This document shows, piece by piece, positions 48,059-58,660 of a stretch of 64,000 bases of DNA. The stretch is taken from positions 58,478-122,477 of the forward strand of contig CALFYW010000055.1 in assembly GCA_937952265.1 (NCBI GenBank). Direction: 5' to 3'. This stretch comes from an uncultured bacterium. Lineage in GTDB: Bacteria > Patescibacteriota > Minisyncoccia > Phycocordibacterales > GCA-2401445. Position 1 is the stretch's first letter, and each line of letters begins with the position of its first letter. Under the pieces are notes generated by a model. That model searched no databases. It was not told where the DNA came from and was given only the letters and a program-made list of their open reading frames with translations. A program made the position numbers and the translations under genes.

Positions 48059-48881
48059 TAAAAATTCTCGATCGTATTTACGAGTGGTATTTATCACCCT
48101 CCTCTTTTTAAGCGGAGTGTTTTTCTTGGGAGACACGTTACGGTCGATTGTCCGAGAAGGAATTTCCTTTGTCGCGGTGCCGATTTGGCGTGGTGAACAA
48201 GAGGTTTTTAACTATCTTGGTGGATGGTGGGGTATCTTAGCCTCAAAGCACACTCTTCTTGCAGAAAACAATGAACTCTCTAAAGAGATCCAGGATCTCC
48301 GTATCAGATTACTTGATCGTACTATTTTACGTGAAGAGAACCTACTTTTAAAAGAAGCTCTTGGAAGAATTGACTATGAGAAAAAGACATTGGCGACCGT
48401 GCTTGCAAATCCGTCTCGATCACCTTATGACACATTGATTCTTGATGCTGGAAAGCGAGATGGAGTTTTACTCGGAGATCTCGTGATTGCTGGTGATTCA
48501 GTGATTATCGGTTCGGTATCTCGGGTATCGCAGACGACGAGTGTTGCAGTACTTTTCTCTGCTCCTCAGGTGGTAACTGATGTAATTGTGGGAGGTGATA
48601 TTCGAACCCAGGCATATGGAAGAGGTGGTGGGAATTTTGAGATTCGGGTACCGCGTGATCAGGAAGTTTCTATTGGTGCACCAGTTATTTTTCCACTCCT
48701 GTCACCAAAAGTTTTTGGTTTTATTGAAGAGGTGTATGTGAGTCCCGCCGACTCTTTCCAGACATTGCTTTTTCAGATGCCGGTAAATGTGTTCATGCTT
48801 GAGAGAGTATATCTCATCCCTTCTAGCGGTGTCGCTTCAGAATTAGAGAGTTATTCGGAGCATCTTCGGAGTGAAGAATAA
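48036..48881 (+). CDS. mreC: Rod shape-determining protein MreC
   Basis: TM, coiled coil, LILDAGKRDGV; synteny. Confidence 0.9.
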   Translation: MTYLQKNSKNSRSYLRVVFITLLFLSGVFFLGDTLRSIVREGISFVAVPIWRGEQEVFNYLGGWWGILASKHTLLAENNELSKEIQDLRIRLLDRTILREENLLLKEALGRIDYEKKTLATVLANPSRSPYDTLILDAGKRDGVLLGDLVIAGDSVIIGSVSRVSQTTSVAVLFSAPQVVTDVIVGGDIRTQAYGRGGGNFEIRVPRDQEVSIGAPVIFPLLSPKVFGFIEEVYVSPADSFQTLLFQMPVNVFMLERVYLIPSSGVASELESYSEHLRSEE

Positions 48882-48884
48882 GTT

Positions 48885-49139
48885 ATGGTGCGTATTATTT
48901 TAACCACCCTGTTTTTTATAAGTATTGTTTTGTTTCCCTGGTGGGTAACGCTTATCTTTGCGTGTTTCCTACTCATAAGCGTTGATCGCCCATTTGAGCT
49001 TGTGGTAGGAGGAGTGGGTATGGACATTCTCTATAGCGGTGGTGGCGAGGGGGGTATTGTCTGGCTTGCTACCATTATCGGCATACTCTTCTTTATGCTC
49101 TCACGGATCATTCGATCCCGATTACGTTTAAGCTCCTGA
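48885..49139 (+). CDS. Small polytopic membrane protein at the mreD position
   Basis: Highly hydrophobic 84 aa between mreC and PBP2. Confidence 0.6.
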   Translation: MVRIILTTLFFISIVLFPWWVTLIFACFLLISVDRPFELVVGGVGMDILYSGGGEGGIVWLATIIGILFFMLSRIIRSRLRLSS

Positions 49140-49165
49140 CGCGGGGCCTATGTTATGATAAAGAC

Positions 49166-50929
49166 ATGTATCGGCACGGTTTAGGTCGAAGGAGGGCGGG
49201 ATATTCAAATCAAGATATTGCTCCCGATGAAATTTTTCTCGACTCTCATAATCTTCCAAATTTTGACACCCACCAATTTCAGGGTCGCATTGAGCGCCCC
49301 CTGAATCAGCGGAGTTTTATTTTTTTAGGGATTGCTTTTTTCATTGCGGGAGTAATTTTCTTGTGGCAATTATGGAATTTACAGGTAGTAAATGGAGAGG
49401 CATACGCTTCACGTAGTGAAGCAAATCGCCTTCGGAACGCACTCATCTTTGCCGAACGAGGGGTAATTTATGATCGACACGGAGAGGAATTAGCGTGGAA
49501 TGTTCCTTATGAGGAAGAGAATTTTGCACGGCGCATGTATGCAAAACTCCCAGGACTTTCACATGTCCTTGGATATGTTGGATATCCTGCGAACGATACC
49601 TCAGGAGTGTATTATCAAGAAGAGTATATTGGATATGATGGCGCGGAGCGAGCATTTAACGATCTCATTGGTGGATCAAACGGATTACAAATCATTGAGA
49701 CTGATGCATTTGGTAATGTTGAATCTGGTAATACACTGCGTCCTCCCGAGGATGGGGATAGCGTGACGCTCTCGATTGACAGCAAATTGCAATCAGCATT
49801 CTTTGAACGTATACAGCAAACCGCGCGCGACCGAGGTTTTGAAGGAGGCGCCGCTATTATGCTTGACGTAACAAACGGAGAAGTACTCGCGTTAACAAGC
49901 TTTCCAGAATATGAGTCGCAGGTATTGACTGATGGTGTCGATGTCGACGCAATTAATACGTATCGCTTAGAGAAAGATACTCCATTTTTAAACCGCGCAA
50001 TTTCTGGACGCTACATTCCAGGTTCGATTATAAAACCATTTGTCGCGTTAAGCGCGCTTGAGGAAGGGATTATTGCTCCTGAAAAAGAAATTTTAAGCAC
50101 AGGCGCCCTCACCATACCAAACCCCTATTTCCCAGATCAGCCGTCCGTATTTCGAGACTGGAAAGTACATGGGTGGGTAGATATGCGTGAAGCGATCGCG
50201 GTATCCTCGGACGTGTATTTTTATCAAATTGGGGGTGGGTACGAAGGTCAGGAAGGTCTTGGGATTGAAAAGATTGAAAACTATATGCGACTATATGGAT
50301 TTAGCGAAAAAACCAACATTGAATTGGACGGTGAAATAGAAGGGATTATTCCTACACCCGCGTGGAAAGCGCAACATTTCGAGGGTGAGCCGTGGCGTCT
50401 TGGAAATACCTACCATACCGCCATTGGGCAATACGGTTTTCAAACCACCCCGATTCAGGTTGCGCGTAGCGTCGCGCTTCTTGCAAACGGTGGAGAGCTT
50501 ATTTACCCGACGTTACTAAAAGGAGAGGGTAAATCAGTTGAACGGAGCGTAACCGTTAATCCAGAACACCTGAAGGTCGTCATAGAAGGAATGCGAGACG
50601 CCGTACTCACCGGAACCGCATCCGCGCTTTCTTTGCCAGAAGTCGCTATTGCCGCAAAGACGGGAACCGCAGAAGTTGGTCTATCCAAGCAATCTGTCCA
50701 TTCCTGGGTTGTCGGATTCTTTCCTTACGAGAAACCGCGATATGCGTTTGTGGTTTTAATGGAAAAAGGTCCAAGTACGAACCTTGTTGGAGCGTCTTCA
50801 GTGATGCGGTCAGTTCTTGAATGGATGTATGCACATACTCCATACTACCTAGAAGGGAGGGATGCTCCACAAAATGCTTCTTTGCAAAAAGACCACGAAT
50901 CCCCCCAAGGGGTGTTGGTTGACTTTTAG
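49166..50929 (+). CDS. mrdA: Penicillin-binding protein 2
   Basis: ERGVIYDR, PGSIIKP (SxxK), SSD, KTGTAE. Confidence 0.92.
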   Translation: MYRHGLGRRRAGYSNQDIAPDEIFLDSHNLPNFDTHQFQGRIERPLNQRSFIFLGIAFFIAGVIFLWQLWNLQVVNGEAYASRSEANRLRNALIFAERGVIYDRHGEELAWNVPYEEENFARRMYAKLPGLSHVLGYVGYPANDTSGVYYQEEYIGYDGAERAFNDLIGGSNGLQIIETDAFGNVESGNTLRPPEDGDSVTLSIDSKLQSAFFERIQQTARDRGFEGGAAIMLDVTNGEVLALTSFPEYESQVLTDGVDVDAINTYRLEKDTPFLNRAISGRYIPGSIIKPFVALSALEEGIIAPEKEILSTGALTIPNPYFPDQPSVFRDWKVHGWVDMREAIAVSSDVYFYQIGGGYEGQEGLGIEKIENYMRLYGFSEKTNIELDGEIEGIIPTPAWKAQHFEGEPWRLGNTYHTAIGQYGFQTTPIQVARSVALLANGGELIYPTLLKGEGKSVERSVTVNPEHLKVVIEGMRDAVLTGTASALSLPEVAIAAKTGTAEVGLSKQSVHSWVVGFFPYEKPRYAFVVLMEKGPSTNLVGASSVMRSVLEWMYAHTPYYLEGRDAPQNASLQKDHESPQGVLVDF

Positions 50930-50993
50930 GGGGAGTAAGATACACTAAAGTACGCTATAAACTAAGTTCTATATTGAATAATGATGTATTGGT

Positions 50994-51461
50994 ATGGAAA
51001 AAGGAAAAGAATATCTAACGCAAGAGAAATTTGACGAACTTTCGGAGGAGCTTGATCACCTTCGCCGTGTCAAGCGTCGGGAGATTGCTGAAAACTTAGA
51101 ATATGCGAAGTCATTGGGTGACCTTTCTGAAAATGCAGAATACCATCAGGCGCGTGAACAGCAAGCAACCGTGGAAGAGCGAATTACTACTTTGGAGAGC
51201 ATTCTTCGTTCAGCCGAAATTGTCTCCGTGCACCACAGTGATGTGGTTGAGGTGGGTTCGGTGGTAGTAGTTCAGAAAGATGGAACGAAAGAGCGGAAAA
51301 CATATCAAGTAGTAAGCCCGGAAGAGTCTGATATTGCCGCAGGGAAAATATCGTATCGATCTCCTCTAGGAGAAACCATGCTTGGAAAGAAAAAGAAAGA
51401 AAAATTTATATTTAATACTCCGAGTGGAAAAATGCAGTATACGATCCTTGATATTCAGTAA
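50994..51461 (+). CDS. greA: Transcription elongation factor GreA
   Basis: GDLSENAEY, ISYRSPLG. Confidence 0.97.
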   Translation: MEKGKEYLTQEKFDELSEELDHLRRVKRREIAENLEYAKSLGDLSENAEYHQAREQQATVEERITTLESILRSAEIVSVHHSDVVEVGSVVVVQKDGTKERKTYQVVSPEESDIAAGKISYRSPLGETMLGKKKKEKFIFNTPSGKMQYTILDIQ

Positions 51462-51479
51462 TCGCAAAATTTTGTTTTA

Positions 51480-51512
51480 AAAAACACCATCCCTTGAGGG
51501 GATGGCGTTTTT
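51480..51512 (+). terminator. Rho-independent terminator after greA
   Basis: AAAAACACCATCCC...GGGATGGCGTTTTT hairpin. Confidence 0.7.
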
Positions 51513-51554
51513 AGATGTATTGTCAGCTATCGGGAAATAGTTTACCATCGACAT

Positions 51555-53153
51555 ATGATTTGGACAGATCATATCATTAAAGATATCCACGCTCGGTATG
51601 AATCCTTGATTGCGAAGAAGGTGCCGTTAGTGATTCGAGACGAGAAGACCATTTCAGGAAGGGTGCACGTGGGGTCTTTGCGGGGAGTTGCGGTTCACGG
51701 AACGATTGACGAGCTCTTGGCTCGGGAAGAGGTCGCTCACACGTTTCTCTATGAACTAAATGATTTTGATGTCTTCGATAGTATTCCTGAATATTTAGAT
51801 AAAAAAAGCTACGAACCATATCTCGGAGCACCACTCATGAATGTTCCTTTTCTTGGAGAGGAAGGGAGAGGGGCGAAGTATCCAGAATATTTTGGAGGAG
51901 AATTTCAAAGCGTGATTGAAGAAAATGGATTTCATCCTTCTTATTATTGGGCGAGTGAGCTCTATCGATCGGGTAAAATGAATGAGGTAATACGTACCGC
52001 ATTAGAACAAAAAGATCTGATACGTGAAATCTATAAGGAGGTGTCAGGGTCAATTAAGCATGAATCATGGCTTCCCGTGAGTGTGATTTGTGAACAATGT
52101 GGTAAGATCGCCACCACGCAAGCAGAAACCTTTGATGGAGTACGTGTTGGCTATCGATGTCGGAAGGATGCCGTATCGTGGACTCATGGCTGTGGGTATG
52201 AAGGCAGCAGATCTCCTTTTGATGGGAATGCGAAGCTGTTGTGGAAGGTTGAGTGGGCTGCAAAATTCAAGGTGCTTGATGTGCACGTTGAGGGCGGGGG
52301 AAAAGATCATTCAACGAAAGGTGGGGCGCGCGATGTTGCAAATCATATCGCCGAGAAGGTATTTCACCACAATCCTCCTATCGATATTCCTTATGAATTT
52401 TTTCTTGTGGGTGGGAAGAAGATGTCATCCTCAAAGGGTCGTGGCGCTTCAGCGCGTGAGGTAAGTGATATGCTCCCCCCGCACTTACTGCGCCTTGCAA
52501 TGGTCGGAAAAGATATCAATCAAGCATTTAATTTTGTGCCGGATGGCGACACCATTCCTTTGTTATATGATCTCTACGATGAATTAGCGGAAAATTATTT
52601 TGCAGGTAATGATGATGACCGATCGCGAATATTCAGGCTCATTCACGCGCCTCACCAAGAACAAGGTCTGGTAAAGCGCTTCTTGCCACGATTCTCGCAG
52701 GTTGCTTTTCTGATTCAGATGCCACATATCGATTTTGATCAAGAGATGGAGCGCCTCAAAGGCGATGTACTCTCACTAGAGGATCAAGGAGAAATTGCGA
52801 GTCGAGCACAATATGCAAGCACGTGGCTTACTCATGGAGCCCCTGATAAATATCGATTTGAACTCGCACTTAATTATCTTCCAGAAGGCGTTTCGAATCT
52901 CTCGGATACCCAAAAGCAGGCGCTCGGAGAAATCGCGCGGCTGGTCGAATCTCAAACTCAATTTGACGGACAAGAGCTTCATACCGCACTTCATGAGGTA
53001 AAAAATAATTCAAATCTTTCTCCGAAGGAATTTTTTGAAGGAGTATACGTGAGTTTTCTTGGAAAAAATTATGGGCCGAAGGCAGGGTGGTTTTTAAGTG
53101 TGCTTGATCGAGATTTTTTAATTAAGCGCCTAAAAGAAGCAAGCGTGGCGTAA
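51555..53153 (+). CDS. lysS: Class I lysine--tRNA ligase
   Basis: SGRVHVGS (HIGH-like), GKDH, KMSSSKG. Confidence 0.93.
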   Translation: MIWTDHIIKDIHARYESLIAKKVPLVIRDEKTISGRVHVGSLRGVAVHGTIDELLAREEVAHTFLYELNDFDVFDSIPEYLDKKSYEPYLGAPLMNVPFLGEEGRGAKYPEYFGGEFQSVIEENGFHPSYYWASELYRSGKMNEVIRTALEQKDLIREIYKEVSGSIKHESWLPVSVICEQCGKIATTQAETFDGVRVGYRCRKDAVSWTHGCGYEGSRSPFDGNAKLLWKVEWAAKFKVLDVHVEGGGKDHSTKGGARDVANHIAEKVFHHNPPIDIPYEFFLVGGKKMSSSKGRGASAREVSDMLPPHLLRLAMVGKDINQAFNFVPDGDTIPLLYDLYDELAENYFAGNDDDRSRIFRLIHAPHQEQGLVKRFLPRFSQVAFLIQMPHIDFDQEMERLKGDVLSLEDQGEIASRAQYASTWLTHGAPDKYRFELALNYLPEGVSNLSDTQKQALGEIARLVESQTQFDGQELHTALHEVKNNSNLSPKEFFEGVYVSFLGKNYGPKAGWFLSVLDRDFLIKRLKEASVA

Positions 53154-53244
53154 CAATAAGTGAGTGTTACGAAAGGAGAAAAAGCTGGGGAGGGCCCCAG
53201 TTTTTTTACGCGTGGCTGACTGTGGATAAGTAGAATTTGCAATA

Positions 53245-53290
53245 GTGGGATGAAGTGTAATAAAATATCACTTGAGTGGGAAATAGTGGG
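53245..53290 (+). promoter_or_regulatory. Putative MraZ operator (GTGGG repeats)
   Basis: GTGGG at 53245, 53276 and 53286 (last two 10 bp apart) upstream of mraZ. Confidence 0.6.
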
Positions 53291-53312
53291 AAACTTGTAC
53301 ATACAAAGTTGT

Positions 53313-53399
53313 CACACGCTCAATTTTTGGCTCTTTTCTTTTTTGTTCTTTTTTCATACTCATCATTCATTATGAAAGGAGCCGAAAATTGAGCGTGTG
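53313..53399 (+). other. 25-bp RNA stem in the mraZ leader
   Basis: CACACGCTCAATTTTTGGCTCTTTT pairs with AAAGGAGCCGAAAATTGAGCGTGTG, including two G-U pairs. Confidence 0.7.
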
Positions 53400-53431
53400 T
53401 ATACACACAATAACTTTCTCATTATCGAGGT

Positions 53432-53866
53432 ATGTTTATCGGAGAATACACACATACCATTGACGAAAAAAAACGATTATCGCTTCCCGTAAAATTTCGA
53501 AAGGAATTAGGGAAGCGAATCGTGGTGACTCCGGGTCTTGACGGATGCCTCTTTGTTTTTGCCATTAACGAATGGGAACGCATCTCGTCAAGACTTTCCG
53601 AGTCATCGATGCTTCAAGCTGATGCACGGAGTTTTAATCGCTACATGTTTGGCGGAGCAGTTGAGGTTGAGGTAGATGGAGTGGGGAGAATCTTAGTTCC
53701 TGATTTTCTGCGTGATCGAGCTCGATTAAAAAACCGAGTAGTGATTATCGGCGTACAAGGGCGCGTTGAGATATGGAATGAAAAGTCGTGGCGCGACTAT
53801 AAGAGCATCGTAGAAAAACAGGCTGATACACTTGCAGAGAAACTTGGTAATGTAGGTGTTCTCTAG
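53432..53866 (+). CDS. mraZ: Transcriptional regulator MraZ
   Basis: MFIGEYTHTIDEKKRLSLP, DGVGRILVP. Confidence 0.97.
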   Translation: MFIGEYTHTIDEKKRLSLPVKFRKELGKRIVVTPGLDGCLFVFAINEWERISSRLSESSMLQADARSFNRYMFGGAVEVEVDGVGRILVPDFLRDRARLKNRVVIIGVQGRVEIWNEKSWRDYKSIVEKQADTLAEKLGNVGVL

Positions 53867-53912
53867 AAAATCCTCATTCATCACCTTATTTTTGATTTTA
53901 AATGTAAGGCGT

Positions 53913-54815
53913 ATGATGAATTACCATTTGAGCGTGCTTCTGGAAGAGTCTTTCAAAGGGCTTCAAATAAAGGCCGGAGATGTTTTTTTTGATGGGACGG
54001 TTGGTGATGGGGGAATGGAACTAAAGATTTGCCAAGAGTATGGGAAAGAAGTGTTACTCATAGGTACGGACCTTGATCGTGAAGCTCTGCTTCGCGCAAA
54101 AACAAGGATTGAACACGCGGGATGCAAACCTCAGTTCGAACATGCAAATTTCCGAGACATTGATGTAGTGCTTCAAAAGCTCGGAATCAAAAAGATTAAT
54201 TGCGCGTTCTTTGACTTAGGTATGAGTTCTTTTGAGATCGATGCTTCTGGAAGAGGTTTCTCTTTTCAGAAACGCGAACCGCTCATCATGACACTCGATG
54301 ATCGTCCAACTGAAGAGGCGCTTACTGCCCGTGAGATTGTTAATAAATGGGATGAAGCACATCTCGTTGATATCTTGCGGGGATACGGAGAGGAGCGTTT
54401 TGCAAAACGCATTGCTCGGGCTATCGTCGAATATCGAAGAGAAAAGGCGATTAAGGAAACCCATGAGCTGCGAGACATCATAATTTCAGCAGTGCCGTTT
54501 TTCTATCGACGCGGAAGGATCAATCCCGCAACCAAAACCTTTCAAGCTCTGCGTATTACCGTCAATGATGAAATCCGATCTCTGAAAGAAGCGCTTCGAA
54601 AAACATTCACCATGCTTCAAGCGGGAGGTAGGATCGCCGTTATCAGTTTCCACAGCATTGAAGATCGCACCGTCAAAAATTATTTTAAAGACCTTGCTCG
54701 TTTTCGTGACGCAGTAGTACTTACCAAAAAACCAATCGTGCCAAGCGCGGAAGAAGTAGAAAAAAACCCTCGTGCACGAAGTGCAAAACTCCGAATTATC
54801 GAAAAAAGAAAATGA
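53913..54815 (+). CDS. rsmH: 16S rRNA m4C1402 methyltransferase
   Basis: HLSVLL, DLGMSS, RGFSF, FHSIEDR, NPRARSAKLR. Confidence 0.95.
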   Translation: MMNYHLSVLLEESFKGLQIKAGDVFFDGTVGDGGMELKICQEYGKEVLLIGTDLDREALLRAKTRIEHAGCKPQFEHANFRDIDVVLQKLGIKKINCAFFDLGMSSFEIDASGRGFSFQKREPLIMTLDDRPTEEALTAREIVNKWDEAHLVDILRGYGEERFAKRIARAIVEYRREKAIKETHELRDIIISAVPFFYRRGRINPATKTFQALRITVNDEIRSLKEALRKTFTMLQAGGRIAVISFHSIEDRTVKNYFKDLARFRDAVVLTKKPIVPSAEEVEKNPRARSAKLRIIEKRK

Positions 54816-55108
54816 AAAAAATTTATTTCAAAAAAACATATATCGCATCACTCGTCTGGATTTTAAGCGGGTTTGTTCTGGTGAGCGCTTTATTCTACCT
54901 CTATCTTTTAAATGAGACAGTTAAGCATGTGGTCGCTCGGCAAGAGGCAGAGCGTACCCTCGCATCACTTGATGAAGTGGTTGCAAATCGCGAGGTGTCG
55001 TATTTAACGAAGCGAGAACTCATCACACTTGAATACGCGCACGCCCAAGGGTTTGAGGAAGCGTCTGACGCGCTCTTTATCACGAGACCGTTCTTTGGTA
55101 GGCGCTAG
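54812..55108 (+). CDS. FtsL-like cell division protein
   Basis: TM + coiled coil between rsmH and ftsI. Confidence 0.7.
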   Translation: MKKIYFKKTYIASLVWILSGFVLVSALFYLYLLNETVKHVVARQEAERTLASLDEVVANREVSYLTKRELITLEYAHAQGFEEASDALFITRPFFGRR

Positions 55109-55122
55109 TGTATTAATGAGGT

Positions 55123-56856
55123 ATGAAGTTTAAATTTCTTTTTCGGATACGTGTAGTATCTGCCCTAATATTTCTTTTTGCGTTAGTGTTGATTGGGCGT
55201 TTGTATAGTGTGCAGATTGTGCATGGCGGGGCATATAGTAAGCAGGCCGACCGCCAATACCTTCGTTCGCAAAATTTATCATTTGAGCGAGGGGCAATTT
55301 TTTTTAATGATCGAGATGGAAAAGCGGTACGAGGCGCATCTTTGCAATCAGGTTTTACCCTTGCAATTAACCCCTCTCGCCTTACAAACCTCGAAGAGAC
55401 GTATCAGAAGTTAAACACCGTCGTAGCGATTGATCGAGAGCTTTTCTTCACACGCGCAGAAAAGAAAGACGATCCATATGAAGAAATCGTTCATCAGCTT
55501 GAGGATACCCATGCGAAACGGATTCGAGAAATGGACTTGCCGGGTGTTTCTCTGTATCGAGAAGAATGGCGATATTACCCAGGAAAATCACTTGCTTCAC
55601 ACGTGCTGGGGTTTTTAGGATTTAACGAAGAAGGTGAATTGGGTGGGCAGTATGGGCTTGAACGATATTATGACTCAATACTTTCGCGAGAAGACGACCG
55701 TCTCTACGTGAATTTTTTTGCGGAAGTCTTTGGAAGCATTGATCGCATCCTTTCAAAGCAAGAGAATCGGCGAGAGGGTGATCTTCTGCTTACTATTGAG
55801 CCTTCCGTACAACGAATGCTTGAAAGTACCTTGGGAGATATTCAAGAATCTTGGCGGAGCAGTGAGACTGGAGCGGTAATCATTGACCCAGAGACCGGTG
55901 GAGTCTTTGCGTTGGGTGCGGTTCCAAACTTTGATCCCAATACATTTAACGAAGTGGATAATCCTTCATATTTCTCCAACCCTATTGTTGAACGAGTGTA
56001 TGAGATGGGTTCAATTATTAAGCCGATTACCTTAGCAATTGGGCTTGAAACGGGTGTTATTCAAGAGAAGAGCACCTATCTCGATCGAGGAAGCATTGTG
56101 GTGGATGGAGTTTCAATTTCAAATTATGACGGAGTTGCTCGAGGGGAGGTGCCGATGCAGGAAGTATTAAACCAGTCTTTGAATACGGGAGCTATTACTG
56201 TCGCTCAAAAAATCGGCAATGACCGTTTCAGAGACAGTCTCTACGAATTCGGGTTTGGAGAAGAGAGCGGTATTGATCTTCCGAACGAAGCCTCTGGCTT
56301 GGTTGATAATCTTTCAAGCAATCGAAATATTGAATATGCAACAGCTTCTTTTGGGCAGGGAATCGCGCTCACCCCTATTGCTACCGTGCGCGCGCTTTCG
56401 GCGCTTGCAAATGGGGGAGTGCTCATCACTCCGTATGTGGTAAAAGAGATTGATTACACATTCGGCCTTGATCATACCAGAAAGCCAGATCGTGGGACTC
56501 GAGTGATTAGCGAAGAAACATCAGCGACCATAACACGGATGTTGGTGAAGGTGGTTGATGAAGCGCTTCTCCAAGGAAGTCTCTCTCTCCCGCAATACAG
56601 TATTGCGGCAAAAACCGGAACCGCGCAACTTGCACGGGAGGATGGGAGCGGATATGACGATGAACGCTTCCTCCATTCATTTTTTGGATATTTCCCCGCA
56701 TATGAGCCGCGATTTTTGGTATTTCTCTATACACTGAAGCCAGAGGGTGCTCGATATGCTTCTGAGACCCTCACCACACCATTTATGGATATTGCGAAAT
56801 TTCTCATAAACTACTATGATATTCCACCTGATCGCTCACTTCAGGAATCACTATGA
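55123..56856 (+). CDS. ftsI: Division transpeptidase PBP3
   Basis: YEMGSIIKP, SLN, KTGTAQ; dcw synteny. Confidence 0.9.
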   Translation: MKFKFLFRIRVVSALIFLFALVLIGRLYSVQIVHGGAYSKQADRQYLRSQNLSFERGAIFFNDRDGKAVRGASLQSGFTLAINPSRLTNLEETYQKLNTVVAIDRELFFTRAEKKDDPYEEIVHQLEDTHAKRIREMDLPGVSLYREEWRYYPGKSLASHVLGFLGFNEEGELGGQYGLERYYDSILSREDDRLYVNFFAEVFGSIDRILSKQENRREGDLLLTIEPSVQRMLESTLGDIQESWRSSETGAVIIDPETGGVFALGAVPNFDPNTFNEVDNPSYFSNPIVERVYEMGSIIKPITLAIGLETGVIQEKSTYLDRGSIVVDGVSISNYDGVARGEVPMQEVLNQSLNTGAITVAQKIGNDRFRDSLYEFGFGEESGIDLPNEASGLVDNLSSNRNIEYATASFGQGIALTPIATVRALSALANGGVLITPYVVKEIDYTFGLDHTRKPDRGTRVISEETSATITRMLVKVVDEALLQGSLSLPQYSIAAKTGTAQLAREDGSGYDDERFLHSFFGYFPAYEPRFLVFLYTLKPEGARYASETLTTPFMDIAKFLINYYDIPPDRSLQESL

Positions 56857-58157
56857 AATCAATTTTTAAAAAGATCATTGTGTGGGTCCTCACACTCGAA
56901 GCACGCGCGGTGCTTTGGAAGTATAAGCCAAAGATCGTTGCAATAACTGGAAGCGTGGGGAAGACCTCAGCAAAGGACGCGATCTTCTCAGTTATTTCAA
57001 ATGAGTTTTTTACTCGCAAGAGCGAGAAGAGTTTCAATAGCGAGCTTGGTGTTCCTCTCACCATTCTCGGGTGCCCTAACGGGTGGTATAACCCAATTCA
57101 GTGGACACAGAATATCCTACAAGGGGTAAAGCTTCTGGTAATGAAAAGTCGATATCCTGAGTGGCTCATTCTTGAAGTAGGCGCTGATCGCCCTGGAGAT
57201 ATTGCTCGTATTGGGCGTTGGCTCAAGCCTGATGTGGCTGTGGTAACCTATGTTGGGGCGAAGATTCCGGCGCATGTTGAATTCTTTAAAAATCCTGAAG
57301 AACTTTTTGAAGAAAAAAAGAAATTAGTATACGCGTTAAAACCAACCGGCACCCTTATCTTAAATCACGATGATCGAATCGCGTTTGGATTTCGTCGGAT
57401 ATTTTCAGGGAACATTATCTCTTACGGCTTTAACGAACACGCGGCAATTCGCGCGCTTAATGATGAATTTGTTTATCAGAAAACTCCTGAAGCAGGAGTT
57501 CGTGGTATTGGGTTTAAAATAGAAGCGGATGGAAATGTGATTCCTGTTATGCTTCAAAACATATTAGGGCGACAGCATATCTACGCAGCATTGGCAGGAT
57601 TTGCGGTGGGAGTTTTGCATGGTATAAATCCAGTAAAAATAAGCCAGGCGCTTCAACAATATGAGACACCGCCAGGGCGAATGCGCCTCGTGCCGGGAAA
57701 GAAGGAGACTCTGATTATCGATGATACATATAACGCATCACCTGTTGCGGTTGAAGCGGCGCTTGATGCTATGTTACGCATTGAGGCTTCAGGCAGAAAG
57801 ATCGCGGTATTAGGGGATATGCTTGAGCTCGGGCAATATTCTGGGGATGCGCATCGAACGATTGGAGAGAAAGTGGGCGCCTGTGTCGATATACTAGTAA
57901 CGGTTGGTATACGCGCGAAAATGATCGCGCACTCCGCACAGGAGCATGGTTTTAAGAAACGTTCAATAAAGAGCTTCACCGATCTTGATGAAGCGTGTAG
58001 CTGGCTTAGCAAGAATATAAAAAAAGGTGATTTAGTACTTATTAAAGGTTCGCAAGGAATGCGTATGGAGCGTATCGTAGCCCTACTCCTCGCCGATTCA
58101 GCTGAAGCATCGCGCCTCTTGGTACGCCAAGACGCCGAGTGGAAAAAGAGAGTTTGA
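56853..58157 (+). CDS. murF: UDP-MurNAc-tripeptide--D-Ala-D-Ala ligase
   Basis: ITGSVGKTS, DDTYNASP, GDMLELG, KGSQGMRME. Confidence 0.93.
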   Translation: MKSIFKKIIVWVLTLEARAVLWKYKPKIVAITGSVGKTSAKDAIFSVISNEFFTRKSEKSFNSELGVPLTILGCPNGWYNPIQWTQNILQGVKLLVMKSRYPEWLILEVGADRPGDIARIGRWLKPDVAVVTYVGAKIPAHVEFFKNPEELFEEKKKLVYALKPTGTLILNHDDRIAFGFRRIFSGNIISYGFNEHAAIRALNDEFVYQKTPEAGVRGIGFKIEADGNVIPVMLQNILGRQHIYAALAGFAVGVLHGINPVKISQALQQYETPPGRMRLVPGKKETLIIDDTYNASPVAVEAALDAMLRIEASGRKIAVLGDMLELGQYSGDAHRTIGEKVGACVDILVTVGIRAKMIAHSAQEHGFKKRSIKSFTDLDEACSWLSKNIKKGDLVLIKGSQGMRMERIVALLLADSAEASRLLVRQDAEWKKRV

Positions 58158-58222
58158 TTCTGTAGTTTAGTATTTCTTTGAAGCAGCTACGTCTCTTCTG
58201 ACCACTATGCTACGAAAAATCA

Positions 58223-58429
58223 TTATGAAAGATGAACAGTAAAAGTTTTACGTTCCACAATACTCTTCTTTGGAATTTGGACTTCGTCAACATAACCCCG
58301 ATTTCCTATAGTAGAAGCAAGATGCACCTCTTTTTCATTTTCGTTGACAAGGATCCCAACTACAGATAGATTTATTTCTGCAATTCTCCAGGATATATAT
58401 TCAGCGTGAATATCAAAATTATTTTTCAA
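58223..58429 (-). CDS. Small Sm/Hfq-like protein C
   Basis: VGILVNENEKEVHLA...IPKKSI; overlaps upstream paralog. Confidence 0.55.
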   Translation of the reverse strand: MKNNFDIHAEYISWRIAEINLSVVGILVNENEKEVHLASTIGNRGYVDEVQIPKKSIVERKTFTVHLS

Positions 58430-58658
58430 GTTTTTCTATCTTAGTAATAAATGATCTCGGAATATAATAGAAGGAAGCTTTCTCTTGAGGATGATTATGT
58501 ACTGAATCAGTTAATGTGATTGTCTCGGGATTTTTAAGGATGATGTATCGATCTGTTTCCTTAATTAAAGTACCCTCGGAAAGCATCTTGGTAAGTCGTC
58601 GATCTGCTTCTCCTCGATACTTATGTACATCGTTCCAATAGACTGCGACGTTTTCCAT
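58419..58658 (-). CDS. Small Sm/Hfq-like protein B
   Basis: VYWND...EGTLIKETDRYIIL...IPRSFI; start reassigned to 58658. Confidence 0.6.
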   Translation of the reverse strand: MENVAVYWNDVHKYRGEADRRLTKMLSEGTLIKETDRYIILKNPETITLTDSVHNHPQEKASFYYIPRSFITKIEKLEK

Positions 58659-58660
58659 GA

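Noticed and set aside
53221-53229. DnaA boxes (also 60427-60435) as oriC
   Set aside because: Isolated single boxes, no cluster, no dnaA/dnaN nearby
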